DNA of 63,976 bases, filler included, from Candidatus Fermentibacterota bacterium (GCA_016928395.1; 8 parts of 8 records of this genome joined end to end with filler, not necessarily neighbours in it), one strand, 5' to 3'; shown: positions 29,322 to 39,743, counted from the whole stretch's first letter. Notes: generated by a model from the sequence alone, not told the origin. Numbers and translations are program-made.

Positions 29322-30132
29322 NNNNNNNNNNNNNNNNNNNNNNNNNNNNNNNNNNNNNNNNNNNNTTAATTAATTAANNNNNNNNNNNNNNNNNNNNNNN
29401 NNNNNNNNNNNNNNNNNNNNNACGCTGCGCGGTGCGGGATGGTGGCGAGTGTTCTTCATTTCGACATACTCCAGGTAGAGCAATGAGTGGCCGGTGGACC
29501 CTTCACGATCGGGCCCCGATTACATCAAGAATCGCCGCCATCCAGGAGGCGGGATGGTCAGCGCGGACAACTTCCTGGCACTACCTCCCTTCCCGTTTGA
29601 GCCCCGACGCTACCGCTCAACAGACCGCCTATCTTCATGAGACGCCGGAAGCCGAAGACACGCATGGCAAGAAGCTGTGACCGCAGTGATGCGGGCGCCA
29701 GGGACCTGCAATGCTCCATAACGTTACAGACATCGATACCGCGATCGTCCCGCCATGTCAAGAGCTCCTTGTCGCTGAAGGTTCTACTGCAGGCCAGCCA
29801 CGGTGCGCAATTCGCCTTCCGGCGGAAGCGGCATTCCTCAGGTGTGCGAGCTTTCGTTGGGTACGCGTCTCACCCCTGCCGCACGGTTCTTGATCGAAGA
29901 TGTGGAAACGCGGTCTGGGCGACCTGGAACCTGCGTGAGGACAGGAAAGAGCACCCCAGGTGCATCCCGCGGTGCTCGCTGCCGAATCAGAAAACCGGCA
30001 GGAGGGCACCAAAGCCGGGGACTAACACGGGTGCTCCCCCTGTCACCTCTTCCCTGCGTAGCCCCTCGACCAGCCCTGGAAGGGGTGACCAAAGAATGGC
30101 GCTGACGATGCTGAAGGCCGCCCTGATGCTTC

Positions 30133-31494
30133 CTAATGGATGGCCGGGTCCTCGGCGGCCTTGGCCAGCGGGAGCAAGACGTTGAACGACGTGCCCTTCC
30201 CTTCTTCGCTGACCACGGTGATTTGTCCTCCATGCATCTCGACGATGCGTTTAGAGATGGCCATGCCCATGCCGCTGCCTTCGGGCACCAGTTGGCGGGC
30301 GTTGGAGGCACGGAAGAACTCATCGAACACGTTGGGAAGCTTGTCGTTCGGTATGCCGATGCCCGTGTCACGAACGGAAAGGGCCAGCCGGTCACCCTCG
30401 ATTACGCCGGTGACCCAGACATGGCCGCCTTGGGGTGTGTAGCGGATGGCATTACTCACCAGATTGGTGATAAGCTGTCGTAGGTCTTCCCGGTTGCCGT
30501 CTACCGTGGCCGGTGCAGTCGAAATCTGAAAGGACACCCCTCGCTCCTCCGCGTGTGGAATGAAAAGCCGCGCGACGCTATCCGCGAGCTCATGCATGGC
30601 CACGGGCTCTCGCCGCTGCGGCTTCTGCATGACTTCCAGATGGGCGAAGGTCAGAAGGTCTGCGACAAGGCCGAGGAGCCCTTCGGCACGCCGGTCAACC
30701 CGGGCAAGGGTATCTTTCTGTTGGGAATTCAACGTTCCCATGAGACCCTGGAGCATGACCTGGAGCAGGCTCCGCATGGCACCCAGTGGAGCGCGCAGTT
30801 CATGGCTTACCTTTCTTACATAGAAGGCCCGGGCCTCCTGCAGATCCCTGAGTTCGCGATAGGTTGCCTGGAGTTCCCTCTCCCTTCGCCGAAGCGTGCT
30901 GGCTATTGAGCCCCCCACGAAATCCACCAGATACAACGTCACCGTCATCATGAAGGATGTCTGGAAGACGTAGAGCTTGCTCTTGTAGAGACAGGGCACC
31001 CCGACCGTGGGCAGATGGACATGTTCAAGGATACCGAAGTATTGGCCCCAATACACCAAATTGACCAACACTGCCGCCAAAGTCGTGAGAAGGAACACCT
31101 TCCAGCGCTTCAATAACGGAAGCGAGTAGACGATGGGAATAATAATGAACACCATGAAGGGGTTCTCAATGCCCCCGGTGAAATGAACCAGAGCGGCAAC
31201 TGCGACTATGTCACAGGTGATCTGGGAGATGGCGATGGCTCGGATATTCCGTGCGGTCATGATTTCGCGGGCACGAAGGTTGGCGACAAAGATCGCGAAG
31301 ACCGCATTGTAGAACGGTACCGTCAATGCTACGAATGCGGTCTGCGGCAATGGGAAACGAACCCCGAAGCAGTACCAGGCCACCACGAGCGCGAAGAGCG
31401 TTGCGATGCTCGCAAGCCAGCGGAAGTGCACTGACCATGTGAGCCGATAGTACAGCTCCTCTTCGATCAGCGTAAGGTTTCGGCCGGGCGTCAT
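30133..31494 (-). CDS. Membrane-bound sensor histidine kinase (HisKA + HATPase_c)
   Basis: About six TM segments; VSHELRAPL (H box), NLVSNAIRY (N box), DTGIGIP, FDEFFR, GSGMGMAI; start placed at MTPGRN. Confidence 0.92.
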   Translation of the reverse strand: MTPGRNLTLIEEELYYRLTWSVHFRWLASIATLFALVVAWYCFGVRFPLPQTAFVALTVPFYNAVFAIFVANLRAREIMTARNIRAIAISQITCDIVAVAALVHFTGGIENPFMVFIIIPIVYSLPLLKRWKVFLLTTLAAVLVNLVYWGQYFGILEHVHLPTVGVPCLYKSKLYVFQTSFMMTVTLYLVDFVGGSIASTLRRRERELQATYRELRDLQEARAFYVRKVSHELRAPLGAMRSLLQVMLQGLMGTLNSQQKDTLARVDRRAEGLLGLVADLLTFAHLEVMQKPQRREPVAMHELADSVARLFIPHAEERGVSFQISTAPATVDGNREDLRQLITNLVSNAIRYTPQGGHVWVTGVIEGDRLALSVRDTGIGIPNDKLPNVFDEFFRASNARQLVPEGSGMGMAISKRIVEMHGGQITVVSEEGKGTSFNVLLPLAKAAEDPAIH

Positions 31495-31629
31495 GCGAGG
31501 CTTTCGGCTGCCGGCGGGGAGGGGCGGGGTCCGCCGGGGAGGCGCCCGTTCCACCCTACAGTGTATAACACAGCAAGCCCGAGGAAGACGCCCCGAGGGA
31601 GGCGCATTCTCCGGATTGTCGCGGGGCAC

Positions 31630-31880
31630 ACGTTGGCTTCCATTTTCAGTTCGATCTGATCCATGAGTACTCTCATTGGGAAGCGGTGACTCGTAGTGCC
31701 GCAGTCATCCGTCGACGCCTGTTGTGGCACTCTCACGTCATCGGCAGAGAGCGTGAGTCCGGCCACCGACAGCATGGGTATCTTGGGTCTCACGCGGGCC
31801 ACAGCAAGAGAGCTCAGAGCGTGTTACCCAAGCAGGAAAACGACAAGATCTGTGGTTTCCCGGAGTCGGTCAAGCCGGAA
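31630..31880 (-). pseudogene. Possible degenerate response-regulator receiver domain
   Basis: Manual translation LDRLRETTDLVVFLLG*...PKIPMLSVAGLT...RVLMDQIELKM echoes receiver beta3/beta4 and has an in-frame stop; directly upstream of the kinase. Confidence 0.3.
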
Positions 31881-32008
31881 TAGGGGGCGACCACATCAGC
31901 GATGGTTCCGTGACCATTTCTTTTGCGCGTCTGGCCGAGGTACTCGGATTCACCCATACGATCGCATTCGACCGCCGCCGCATCCCCGGCAGCCGTGGTG
32001 CTCTATAT

Positions 32009-32091
32009 CCCGGATATTTCACCAGGGAGAGCTGAGACGGGGCTGAAGCCATTGGGGAGAAAGGGATTAGGGGCAGTCGAGCGGTAGGGCA
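32009..32091. mobile_element. IS terminus, possibly IS1380-like, at contig end
   Basis: 83 bp identical to 49670-49752; begins CCCGGATATTTCACC after an AT-rich 'tat' flank; both copies break the assembly. Confidence 0.75.
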
Positions 32092-32322
32092 NNNNNNNNN
32101 NNNNNNNNNNNNNNNNNNNNNNNNNNNNNNNNNNNTTAATTAATTAANNNNNNNNNNNNNNNNNNNNNNNNNNNNNNNNNNNNNNNNNNNNACCAATCAA
32201 TCCCTCGTGTGTCATGTGTTCGTCTCATTGGTGATACCGACAGGGAAGGGAGAATGTTCAAGAGCTTCAACCTACTATGGGTTCGACTCGCTTCGTTCGC
32301 AGTTTCCAGGGTTCAGGGTTCA

Positions 32323-32384
32323 GGGTTCAGTGCGGCCTCTGAGGGTGCGGGGCGCACTCAGATTTTTCAAGTGAGAGAGGACGC
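32323..32384 (+). repeat. Family A repeat copy preceded by (GGGTTCA)n and followed by REP-like hairpins
   Basis: gggttcagtgcggcctctgagggtgcggggcgcactcagatttttcaagtgagagaggacg; hairpins gggagggcacagtgtccctccc and gggcgaccgcccctggtcgccc follow. Confidence 0.75.
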
Positions 32385-32617
32385 GGCGCAGCGGGAGGGC
32401 ACAGTGTCCCTCCCCTACAGAGCTCTTCGAGGAACACTTGCCTCGTGGGGGCGACCGCCCCTGGTCGCCCGCCGGGGGGAATCGGGGTCGGCATCGCTAT
32501 CGCAGTCGTAGTCGACGACCCGGGCATGCGAGCACGAGTGGGAGCCTTCACCTGCACACGTACGCACGGTCGGCGCCGTAGTAACCGCATTCCCGCGCCC
32601 GGGTCCAACCCGAGAGG

Positions 32618-32893
32618 CTATCGGCACAGCAGCAGAAGCCATCCGATGAGCCCGACTATGACCGCCACATGCAGGGCCACCATGACGCGCCACCACGTGA
32701 GCGGCCGGCCTTCAGCCTCGCACGTACTCCTGTAGTCGGCCAGTTCCGCATAGTGACGGATGTTGATCAGACCCGTCAAGCGCCCGCGTCCGTGTCGTCT
32801 GAGAGTTGGCACGACGATGCACATGTGAATCACCACGCCCAGAAGAAGCAGCGCGAACAGCCCAACCCAGAAGACGACTATATCGATGACCAT
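32618..32893 (-). CDS. Small two-TM membrane protein
   Basis: 91 aa, two hydrophobic helices, GAAGGT RBS. Confidence 0.6.
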   Translation of the reverse strand: MVIDIVVFWVGLFALLLLGVVIHMCIVVPTLRRHGRGRLTGLINIRHYAELADYRSTCEAEGRPLTWWRVMVALHVAVIVGLIGWLLLLCR

Positions 32894-33436
32894 ACTGCTA
32901 CCTTCTCGTCAGTGTCCTCAGTGAGGAGTGGACGCAGAAATCCCCGGCGGACTTCTGATCTCCCGCCCCCAGATCCACCATGTCTCTTTGCCGAAGGCGC
33001 ACTGGTTGCCATTGCTGTTCCTTTCAGGAGTCTCGTGACAGCCTGATCGTTGAATCATTCACCGGCGTCTTGCGCCGTTGGCAGGGTCTGCCTTGTGTGC
33101 CAAGATTCGTGGCGAACCGTGGGTGGGCAAGCACGGCGTCAACGCGCCGACCGTGCATCTGGTAACGGTGCAGCGCACTGCCCAAGAGCCGAAAGCCGCG
33201 TATTCTGCGGGTCGGGACCACGGTTTGTCGGGCCAGGCCCCCGCAGGCCCGAGCCTGCGACTGTCTCAAGATCCCCTCCTGCAGGGCACGGACTTGACAC
33301 GAGATGAGAATGGCTCTTAGTAAATGGCAGACCTGGAGGAACGCGGGCCCGCTCGCTGGCCGCGCCCCCTCCCGAGGCGCCTGTGTGACAGGGAGTGTCC
33401 TCCGCCGGTGCAACCGTATCTTCAAAGGGGAGAACC

Positions 33437-34786
33437 ATGAGCGTGTGGCGATGTGCTGGTATCGGGCTGCTCTCGTCCGTCTCGATTGTGGGTGCACAGC
33501 CTTATGGGGAAGCCCAGAAGGGAACCAGACCCTACCGTGACTTTGAACGACCGGAGGCATGTCGGCAGTGCCATGTCGATGCGTACTCCCAGTGGAAGGG
33601 GAGCATGATGGGCAATGCCTTCACCCATCACTGGGATGAGATCGAGTACTTCGGCCTCGCCGTTGAGCATGCCAAGCGAGACCCGAAGTTCAAAGATGTC
33701 GTGGATGGATGCAATGGCTGCCATGCGCCTTTGGCCTTCCTCGCCGGTGATCTCCCTCCCCAGCCCCCCAGCGAGAACACCCGGGCGAACGAGTCGGTAT
33801 CCTGTGATCTCTGCCACACTATCTCAGGGTACGATGAGACCGCGCTCTTCAACTTCAGCTATCATTCCGATCCCGGGCGGTTGAAGTATGGCAACCGTGG
33901 CGGAGACTCGTCTCCGCATCACGACCTGATGCGTACCGATCATCTGTCAGTAGCCAGATTCTGCGCCAACTGCCATAATGAGAAGAGCCCGTGGGATGTG
34001 TATGTGAAATCGACATACAATGAATGGCTGGCAGGCCCCTATAGCGCAGAAGGCGTGCAGTGCCAGCAGTGTCACATGCCCCGGGCGCCTGGCGTCCGCG
34101 CTCTCACCGACACCAAGCGCTACGACGACGTTCGACAGCACACCTTCCAGGGCGCCCATGCACCCAGCAAGACCGCCGGAGCCATTGACGTGATCGTTCA
34201 TGCCGATGCCGAGGAGTATGAGATCGGCGATTTGGCGGTGTTCACCGTGGTCTTGTTCAATCAGAAGGCCGGCCACAAGATCCCCACGGGTTCGGTGGAG
34301 GATCGCCTGCTGCATCTGCACGTAGAGGCGATCGATGCCTCGGGCAGGGTCTACCATCTCCCAGTGGATCGCAAGGGATTCGAGGGAGAGGAATACACCA
34401 TCGGATCCGAGGCCAAGGCCTATCAGGATTTCGCGGACATGATCCATGTGCCCGACGGGTTTGACGGCCTTCCGCGAGATGGAGTTCCCGCGGGTGATCG
34501 CATCTTCAGGATGCCCTACTTCACCGAGAAGGGCATCATGACCATCTGCCAGTGGAATACGGCCAGCCTGGGCGTTGACTACCGGATCGGTCCACGGGAG
34601 ACGAAGTTGGAGACATTCACCTGGATCGTGCCCGATGAGGTCGAACCGGGGCCCGTGCGCGTGCGGGCGCACTTACACTACCAGCTCTTGGTGAAGCCTG
34701 TGGCAGACTTCCTGGGCGTGCCGGAGGAAGAGTCGGCCTTGCGCCTCATCGGTGAGGCGTCCACCACGGTCTCCATCTTCGACTAG
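33437..34786 (+). CDS. Periplasmic pentaheme c-type cytochrome (c554/c552-like domain plus C-terminal beta domain)
   Basis: Signal peptide; five CXXCH motifs: CRQCH, CNGCH, CDLCH, CANCH, CQQCH; AGHKIPTG motif. Confidence 0.9.
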   Translation: MSVWRCAGIGLLSSVSIVGAQPYGEAQKGTRPYRDFERPEACRQCHVDAYSQWKGSMMGNAFTHHWDEIEYFGLAVEHAKRDPKFKDVVDGCNGCHAPLAFLAGDLPPQPPSENTRANESVSCDLCHTISGYDETALFNFSYHSDPGRLKYGNRGGDSSPHHDLMRTDHLSVARFCANCHNEKSPWDVYVKSTYNEWLAGPYSAEGVQCQQCHMPRAPGVRALTDTKRYDDVRQHTFQGAHAPSKTAGAIDVIVHADAEEYEIGDLAVFTVVLFNQKAGHKIPTGSVEDRLLHLHVEAIDASGRVYHLPVDRKGFEGEEYTIGSEAKAYQDFADMIHVPDGFDGLPRDGVPAGDRIFRMPYFTEKGIMTICQWNTASLGVDYRIGPRETKLETFTWIVPDEVEPGPVRVRAHLHYQLLVKPVADFLGVPEEESALRLIGEASTTVSIFD

Positions 34787-34797
34787 GAGAGCTTGCC

Positions 34798-36015
34798 ATG
34801 AACCCTCGTATCTGGCCACTCGCAGTTCTCACCGCCATCACAGTGGCGGCGCCCTCCAATGCCATGCCGGGATTCGCCAGGAAGTACCGCATGAGCTGCA
34901 CCACGTGCCATGCGCCGTTTCCCCGGCTGAAAGACTATGGCGACGAGTTCGCGGGCAATGGCTTCAGGCTGCCGGAAGGTGAGCCCGCACGGGCCACCGT
35001 TGACACCGGCGATCCCATTCTTGAACTCGCCCGTGACGTATCGCTGGGCTTTCGCATGGATTCTTACATTACCTACGAAGACGACGGGGATCCAAGCGAG
35101 AACGACCTGAAGACCCCCTACAATCTGAAGATCATCTCGGGAGGACCCATCGCGAGGAGTCTCTCCTACTACTTTTATTTCTTTCTCTCCGAACGCGGCG
35201 AGATCGCGGGCATCGAAGATGCCTTCGTGTTCCTGAGCAATCTGTTCAACTCGGGCGTGAACCTCACCATCGGGCAGTTCGCCGTGTCAGATCCTCTGCT
35301 CAAGGGAGAACTCCGGCTCACCTACGAAGGCTATGAGGTCTTCAAGCGCGCTCCGCCCAACTCCTCTTCCAATCTGAAGTACGACAGGGGCGTCGTCCTG
35401 GACTATGGAACTCCCTTTGGCATGGATCTCGTGCTGCAGGTCGTCAACGGCAACGGAATTGGCGAAGGATCGGGAGCGTCAAAGAACCTGGATTCAGACA
35501 ATGGCAAGAATGTGATGTTCAGGGCCGCTCAGGCCTTGGGGCCGGCCTCTGTCGGCGGGTTCGTATATCATGGCACGGAGCGCCGCGACGGGTATGACAA
35601 CACGGTGCACTATCTCGGAGGAGATCTCTCCGTGGCCCGCGGCCCCGCGCAGATGACGGCCCTCTACCTCCGGCGTACCGATGCCAATGGGTACTTCCTT
35701 GCGAACGAACAGGAGGTGGTCTCCGACGGTCTCATCGTGGAGGCCACCGTGGTGCCCTCGGACAAGGGACGATGGGCCTTCGCCGCGCTCTACAACTGGT
35801 TCGACTCGGACTATGCGCTCGAATGGGAGGACCTTGGTCCACGCGATGGGATCGTTGGCCTTGACTACGAGACCCTGGCGATCAATGCCAGCTACCTTCT
35901 CGCCCGCAATGCCCGGTGCATGGCAGAGTATACTCGGATACTCAAGGATGAAAGCCGGGCCATGGGCTTCAAGAACAAGAACCGCTTTTTGGCAGGGATC
36001 TCGGTCGGGTTCTAG
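34798..36015 (+). CDS. Cyc2-like fused monoheme cytochrome c / outer-membrane porin
   Basis: Signal peptide then AMPGFARKY...CTTCH...PRL...G..F..NG; beta-strand-rich body ending in Phe (AGISVGF). Confidence 0.82.
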   Translation: MNPRIWPLAVLTAITVAAPSNAMPGFARKYRMSCTTCHAPFPRLKDYGDEFAGNGFRLPEGEPARATVDTGDPILELARDVSLGFRMDSYITYEDDGDPSENDLKTPYNLKIISGGPIARSLSYYFYFFLSERGEIAGIEDAFVFLSNLFNSGVNLTIGQFAVSDPLLKGELRLTYEGYEVFKRAPPNSSSNLKYDRGVVLDYGTPFGMDLVLQVVNGNGIGEGSGASKNLDSDNGKNVMFRAAQALGPASVGGFVYHGTERRDGYDNTVHYLGGDLSVARGPAQMTALYLRRTDANGYFLANEQEVVSDGLIVEATVVPSDKGRWAFAALYNWFDSDYALEWEDLGPRDGIVGLDYETLAINASYLLARNARCMAEYTRILKDESRAMGFKNKNRFLAGISVGF

Positions 36016-36133
36016 CGGCCATAGGCCTTTCGCCTCTCTCGCCGAAGCCCGACGGCCGTCTAGACCATGGATCCGTGCCCGGGCGCCGGGTGTTCCACGA
36101 ATGCCCACCATGGACGGCCACAAAGGAGGCTCC

Positions 36134-36472
36134 ATGCGTTCACATCCGAGGCTCATGCGCTTTGTCCGTTCGGCGGGCGCGGCATTGGCGGTTGTCGTGC
36201 TCGTCGTCTGTTCCTGCAATGTACGGGACCTGTTCCAGAACGATGACGAGATTTCCCTCTACGCCACGGTCCGCAACTTTGCAGGCCTGGACGGATGCGG
36301 GTGGGTCCTCCAGGCTGATGAGCAAATGACCTATGAACCCACGAATCTCGACCCACTGGTCCATCAAGAAGGCTTGAGGGTGTGGGTCAAGCTCCGCCAT
36401 CGCCGTGATCTCTACAGCTTCTGCATGGTCGGCCCCATGGTGGACGTGATCGCCATCCGTCCGATCCGCTGA
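36134..36472 (+). CDS. Small lipoprotein, OB-fold-like
   Basis: AAGGAGG RBS; lipobox VCSC; GLDGCGWVL...YEPTNL...CMVGPMVDVIAI. Confidence 0.7.
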   Translation: MRSHPRLMRFVRSAGAALAVVVLVVCSCNVRDLFQNDDEISLYATVRNFAGLDGCGWVLQADEQMTYEPTNLDPLVHQEGLRVWVKLRHRRDLYSFCMVGPMVDVIAIRPIR

Positions 36473-36621
36473 GGAAGTCAGGAAGTGAAGAGGTGAAGAT
36501 GGTAGGCAGTCAGCGCCCCTCCTGACCCCCGAACCCTGAACCCTGTGCACTGCGCGCGAAGCGAGCCGTCCATCCATCCATTCTTCCCCATCATTCCGCG
36601 TTCTCACCCCCTCGCCCCATC

Positions 36622-38577
36622 CTACTCCCCCTGCCCGCATACCAAGAACGCCTCTTGCCCGGTGGCGGTGGCGCCGACTACATCGTCGATGCATCGGAGA
36701 TGGAACTGGTAGGCGCCCCCAGGCACGGGCGGGAGCTGGACTTCCACGGTGGAGAAGAGGGAAGTGCCCGGCCCCTGAATCTCAGTTTCCACGGAGACTT
36801 CGGTCCCGCGACGCCCGCCAAAGACCTTCCGCCACCAGGACCGTTCGTCTGTTCGCCTGACCGCATAGGTAATGCTGCCCTGATGAATATTCCAGCGCGC
36901 CGGCGTCATACCGTGCACCTCGAAGTACATGGCCAGAGTACCCAGCGAGCCATACGCGGGGAGTGCCGCGGGAATGAGATCGGTCGTCTCCAAGGGGATC
37001 CCGCCGGCAACCGGGTTCTCGCCCACCCAACAGGGGATCGGCCCCGAAAGGAGAAGCCGCGATGACGACGGAGGGCTGACCAGGAGCGTCGTGTCCACCC
37101 GGGCCCAGGTGCCGGTCGACCGATCCTCGACTTCCAGCGAGAACTCCCACTCGCCCGCGGTGAGCGTCTCCACAAACGCGGCGCTGAACCCAGGCGATTC
37201 CGTGCATCCGCGGATCCGGTCGGTTTCGAAACGCTCGGAGGCACGCCGGGACTCGCCGGACTCCAGGCAGCGCCACCTCGTCGCAACAGAGAATCGGGCG
37301 TAGGGCGGTGTGTGACCATCCCACTGGAACTCGACGCCCCTGGTGGGGATGTCCACCGCCGCCACGGCCAGACCTCCATCTCCCCGGGGCAGCACCCATG
37401 ATCGGGCTGCCATGGCCAGGGGCAGCTCTCCATCATGCGGATCATAGCGCTCCTTGAGCCGCTTGATCAACCGAACTCCCTCGACAAAGCTCAGAGAATC
37501 ACGTCTTCCCGCACCCGCCAGGTGGAACCGCCCCAAGAGGCTTCTGTCATCCAGGGCTATGGTGAACTCAGGGTAGTGGTAGCGCAGCTCCTCGTACCGG
37601 AGGGAACCGTCATCGGTAATCTCGGGCCGTATCCGAGTTTGCTCCACGGGTTCACCGAAACGAATCAAGAGGACTCCCGGCTCGGTGCGATGCCCGTCCC
37701 AGGCCCCGGGCCGTGAACGACATCGAACAGAGGCGATAGTGATCCGGGCATAGTGTTCCAGCAGCCGTTCGTTCTCCTGCGTGAGGAGCCGCGGATCACG
37801 GTGATCCCACGCCGAGTCCTCGGCCGGGGTCGGCTGGTCGAGGCGACGCAGATCCAGGCCGCGACGGGAGAAGAAGAAATCGGGATCGTTGTACAGGGCT
37901 CGCGCCGAATCGGGAGCAGACTCCAGGAACACGGCGAACTCCCGGGCGGCCTCCTCCGGATCGCCCTCGCGCCACAAAGCCGCACCCAAGAGCGCATGGG
38001 CGTTGGGCTCTCCGCCGAACAGCGCGGCGGAGGTCGCATGACGGATAGCCGTATCCCAACGGCCCAGGGCCACGGCCAGTTCCGCCAGGCGCATCTCGGC
38101 CGTGCCGTGACTCCCGGGAGTCTGACGAAGCCTGGTCAGGTAGTCAAACGCCGCCTCCAGGTCTTCGTCGCCATACGTGGCCAGGGAGATGGGGCCGCTC
38201 ACCATGTGCACATACCGCAGCCCCTCGGCGACGTGGTGATCGGCCAGGCTGAGGAGCGCCTCGGGATCGTTCTCGCGGAGCTTGAGCAGCCTACGCCACT
38301 GGCGGGCGGCATCATACCACAGACCACACCGCTGCAACACCCTCGCATAGGCCCGCCGGCACGACTCACAGGAGGGAAAGCGATCCGCAAGCTCGGCCGC
38401 ATGCTTCCTCGCCAGATAGCGCTGCCGTGGCGTCACAGCCTCCTCGATCTCTCCCAGGAGCCGGCGTGCCTGTGCCTCCGCATCCGAGCGTGGCGCCGAT
38501 GCGACAGCATAAGTCGGCGCCGTGGCCCAGAGGCAGACTGCGGCCATCAGAGCCCGAAGCGCGAAACTGGGGTTCAA
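36622..38577 (-). CDS. TPR + GWxTD-domain protein
   Basis: TPR-like helices; WDHRDPRLLTQENERLLEHYARI and DGHRTEPGVLLIRFGEP (GWxTD-like); start uncertain (TTG 38577 or ATG 38547). Confidence 0.75.
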   Translation of the reverse strand: MNPSFALRALMAAVCLWATAPTYAVASAPRSDAEAQARRLLGEIEEAVTPRQRYLARKHAAELADRFPSCESCRRAYARVLQRCGLWYDAARQWRRLLKLRENDPEALLSLADHHVAEGLRYVHMVSGPISLATYGDEDLEAAFDYLTRLRQTPGSHGTAEMRLAELAVALGRWDTAIRHATSAALFGGEPNAHALLGAALWREGDPEEAAREFAVFLESAPDSARALYNDPDFFFSRRGLDLRRLDQPTPAEDSAWDHRDPRLLTQENERLLEHYARITIASVRCRSRPGAWDGHRTEPGVLLIRFGEPVEQTRIRPEITDDGSLRYEELRYHYPEFTIALDDRSLLGRFHLAGAGRRDSLSFVEGVRLIKRLKERYDPHDGELPLAMAARSWVLPRGDGGLAVAAVDIPTRGVEFQWDGHTPPYARFSVATRWRCLESGESRRASERFETDRIRGCTESPGFSAAFVETLTAGEWEFSLEVEDRSTGTWARVDTTLLVSPPSSSRLLLSGPIPCWVGENPVAGGIPLETTDLIPAALPAYGSLGTLAMYFEVHGMTPARWNIHQGSITYAVRRTDERSWWRKVFGGRRGTEVSVETEIQGPGTSLFSTVEVQLPPVPGGAYQFHLRCIDDVVGATATGQEAFLVCGQGE

Positions 38578-39743
38578 AACCAATCCAGAAAGAACGGTGG
38601 CTCGGCAGGTAGTCCTGGGGAGAGTGTCTCCAGTGCCGCGCCCCGCTCCCCTACCACAGCGCCGGATCGTCGCGCGGTTGTACTCGAGAGGCTGCCCCAC
38701 ACCAGTGATGAGAGATCGGCGATGTCCAGCTCCGCCTGAGGCATGCCCGCGCCGGGGGATGCCCCAATGCCCCGCTCCCTGACCGCAAGCCAAAAAGGAC
38801 CCGCATTCCACTGGCACAGGGCGTCACGGATCGCCAGCGATACCCCTTCGGCCGATGGCGCGTGGGGTTGGGTAGCCAGCAGCCCCAGATCCACGAGCCG
38901 CACCATGGGGCCTCGAATCGTCGACTTCTCCACCCCCTCTCCCTCCAGATTGGTCAAGGGATCGTCCACCGCGACCTTGAGCTCGATCTTGCCGACCTGG
39001 CCGGCATGGTTCGCCAGGAAGGCCAGCAGGGCATCCCTGGCACACGCTGTGGTCCATGCCCAGTCATGGACGGTGCATGTGCCGCCCATCCGGGAGTCCA
39101 ACGGCGACCGTGCGAGGTCGAAGATCACATACCCCGCGCCGTCCCCCCCCCAGATGGCGCATCTGCGGGGGCGAAGCGGCCGGTCAAGCAGCCGCCGCCA
39201 GTCCCGCTCGATACGGGCCAGCGCCCCCGGGCCCTGCGCCGCCCAGGCGCGTTGAATCTCATCGAGAGTTTTCCAGGAGTCGACGCCCGCCATTCGGCAG
39301 CTCCCCGAAGTCACAGGGCGCCGGAGAAACCCCGGCTGCCGCAGCGTGATTTTGACCATGGGAGTTCCCTGACCCCATCCCAGGCGGCGGTAGAAGCTGA
39401 AATCGAACGGATGCAGAATCGCCCACATAACCTGCTGCGTCCTCAGATGGTCCAACGCATACTGCATGAGTTCGCGGGCAAGGCCCCGGCCCCGGGCGCA
39501 CGGCGCGGTGGCGACGCCCCCTATGGCGCCCACCGCGGCCGGTGACGGCCCGGTGAGTCTCTTGGGTTCCACGATGGCCGCAGTGAGCAGCTCATCGCCT
39601 TCGTACCCTGCGATGAGCCAGCCCGGGGGCACCTCATCGATCCAGTTGTCGACCTGTTCAGTGGTCAGGATGAAGGAGTAGGCAAGCAGGTCTTTAAGGG
39701 CAGGCCGATCATGGGGACGAAGGGGGCCGAACGTCACGTCCAT
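38574..39743 (-). CDS. Eis-family GNAT acetyltransferase
   Basis: IGGVATAPCARGRGLARELM, LHPFDFSFYRRLGW, MVRLVD, D.LC.WN.G, C-terminal FLDWF. Confidence 0.88.
   Translation of the reverse strand: MDVTFGPLRPHDRPALKDLLAYSFILTTEQVDNWIDEVPPGWLIAGYEGDELLTAAIVEPKRLTGPSPAAVGAIGGVATAPCARGRGLARELMQYALDHLRTQQVMWAILHPFDFSFYRRLGWGQGTPMVKITLRQPGFLRRPVTSGSCRMAGVDSWKTLDEIQRAWAAQGPGALARIERDWRRLLDRPLRPRRCAIWGGDGAGYVIFDLARSPLDSRMGGTCTVHDWAWTTACARDALLAFLANHAGQVGKIELKVAVDDPLTNLEGEGVEKSTIRGPMVRLVDLGLLATQPHAPSAEGVSLAIRDALCQWNAGPFWLAVRERGIGASPGAGMPQAELDIADLSSLVWGSLSSTTARRSGAVVGERGAALETLSPGLPAEPPFFLDWF

Noticed and set aside
29432-30130. Short ORFs downstream of the histidine kinase
   Set aside because: Multiple stops in all plausible frames and no convincing family motif.
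32270-32295. tRNA, from the GGTTCGACTC T-loop-like motif
   Set aside because: No T-stem pairing or cloverleaf. It could be an IS terminus near the contig start, but I cannot support a family.
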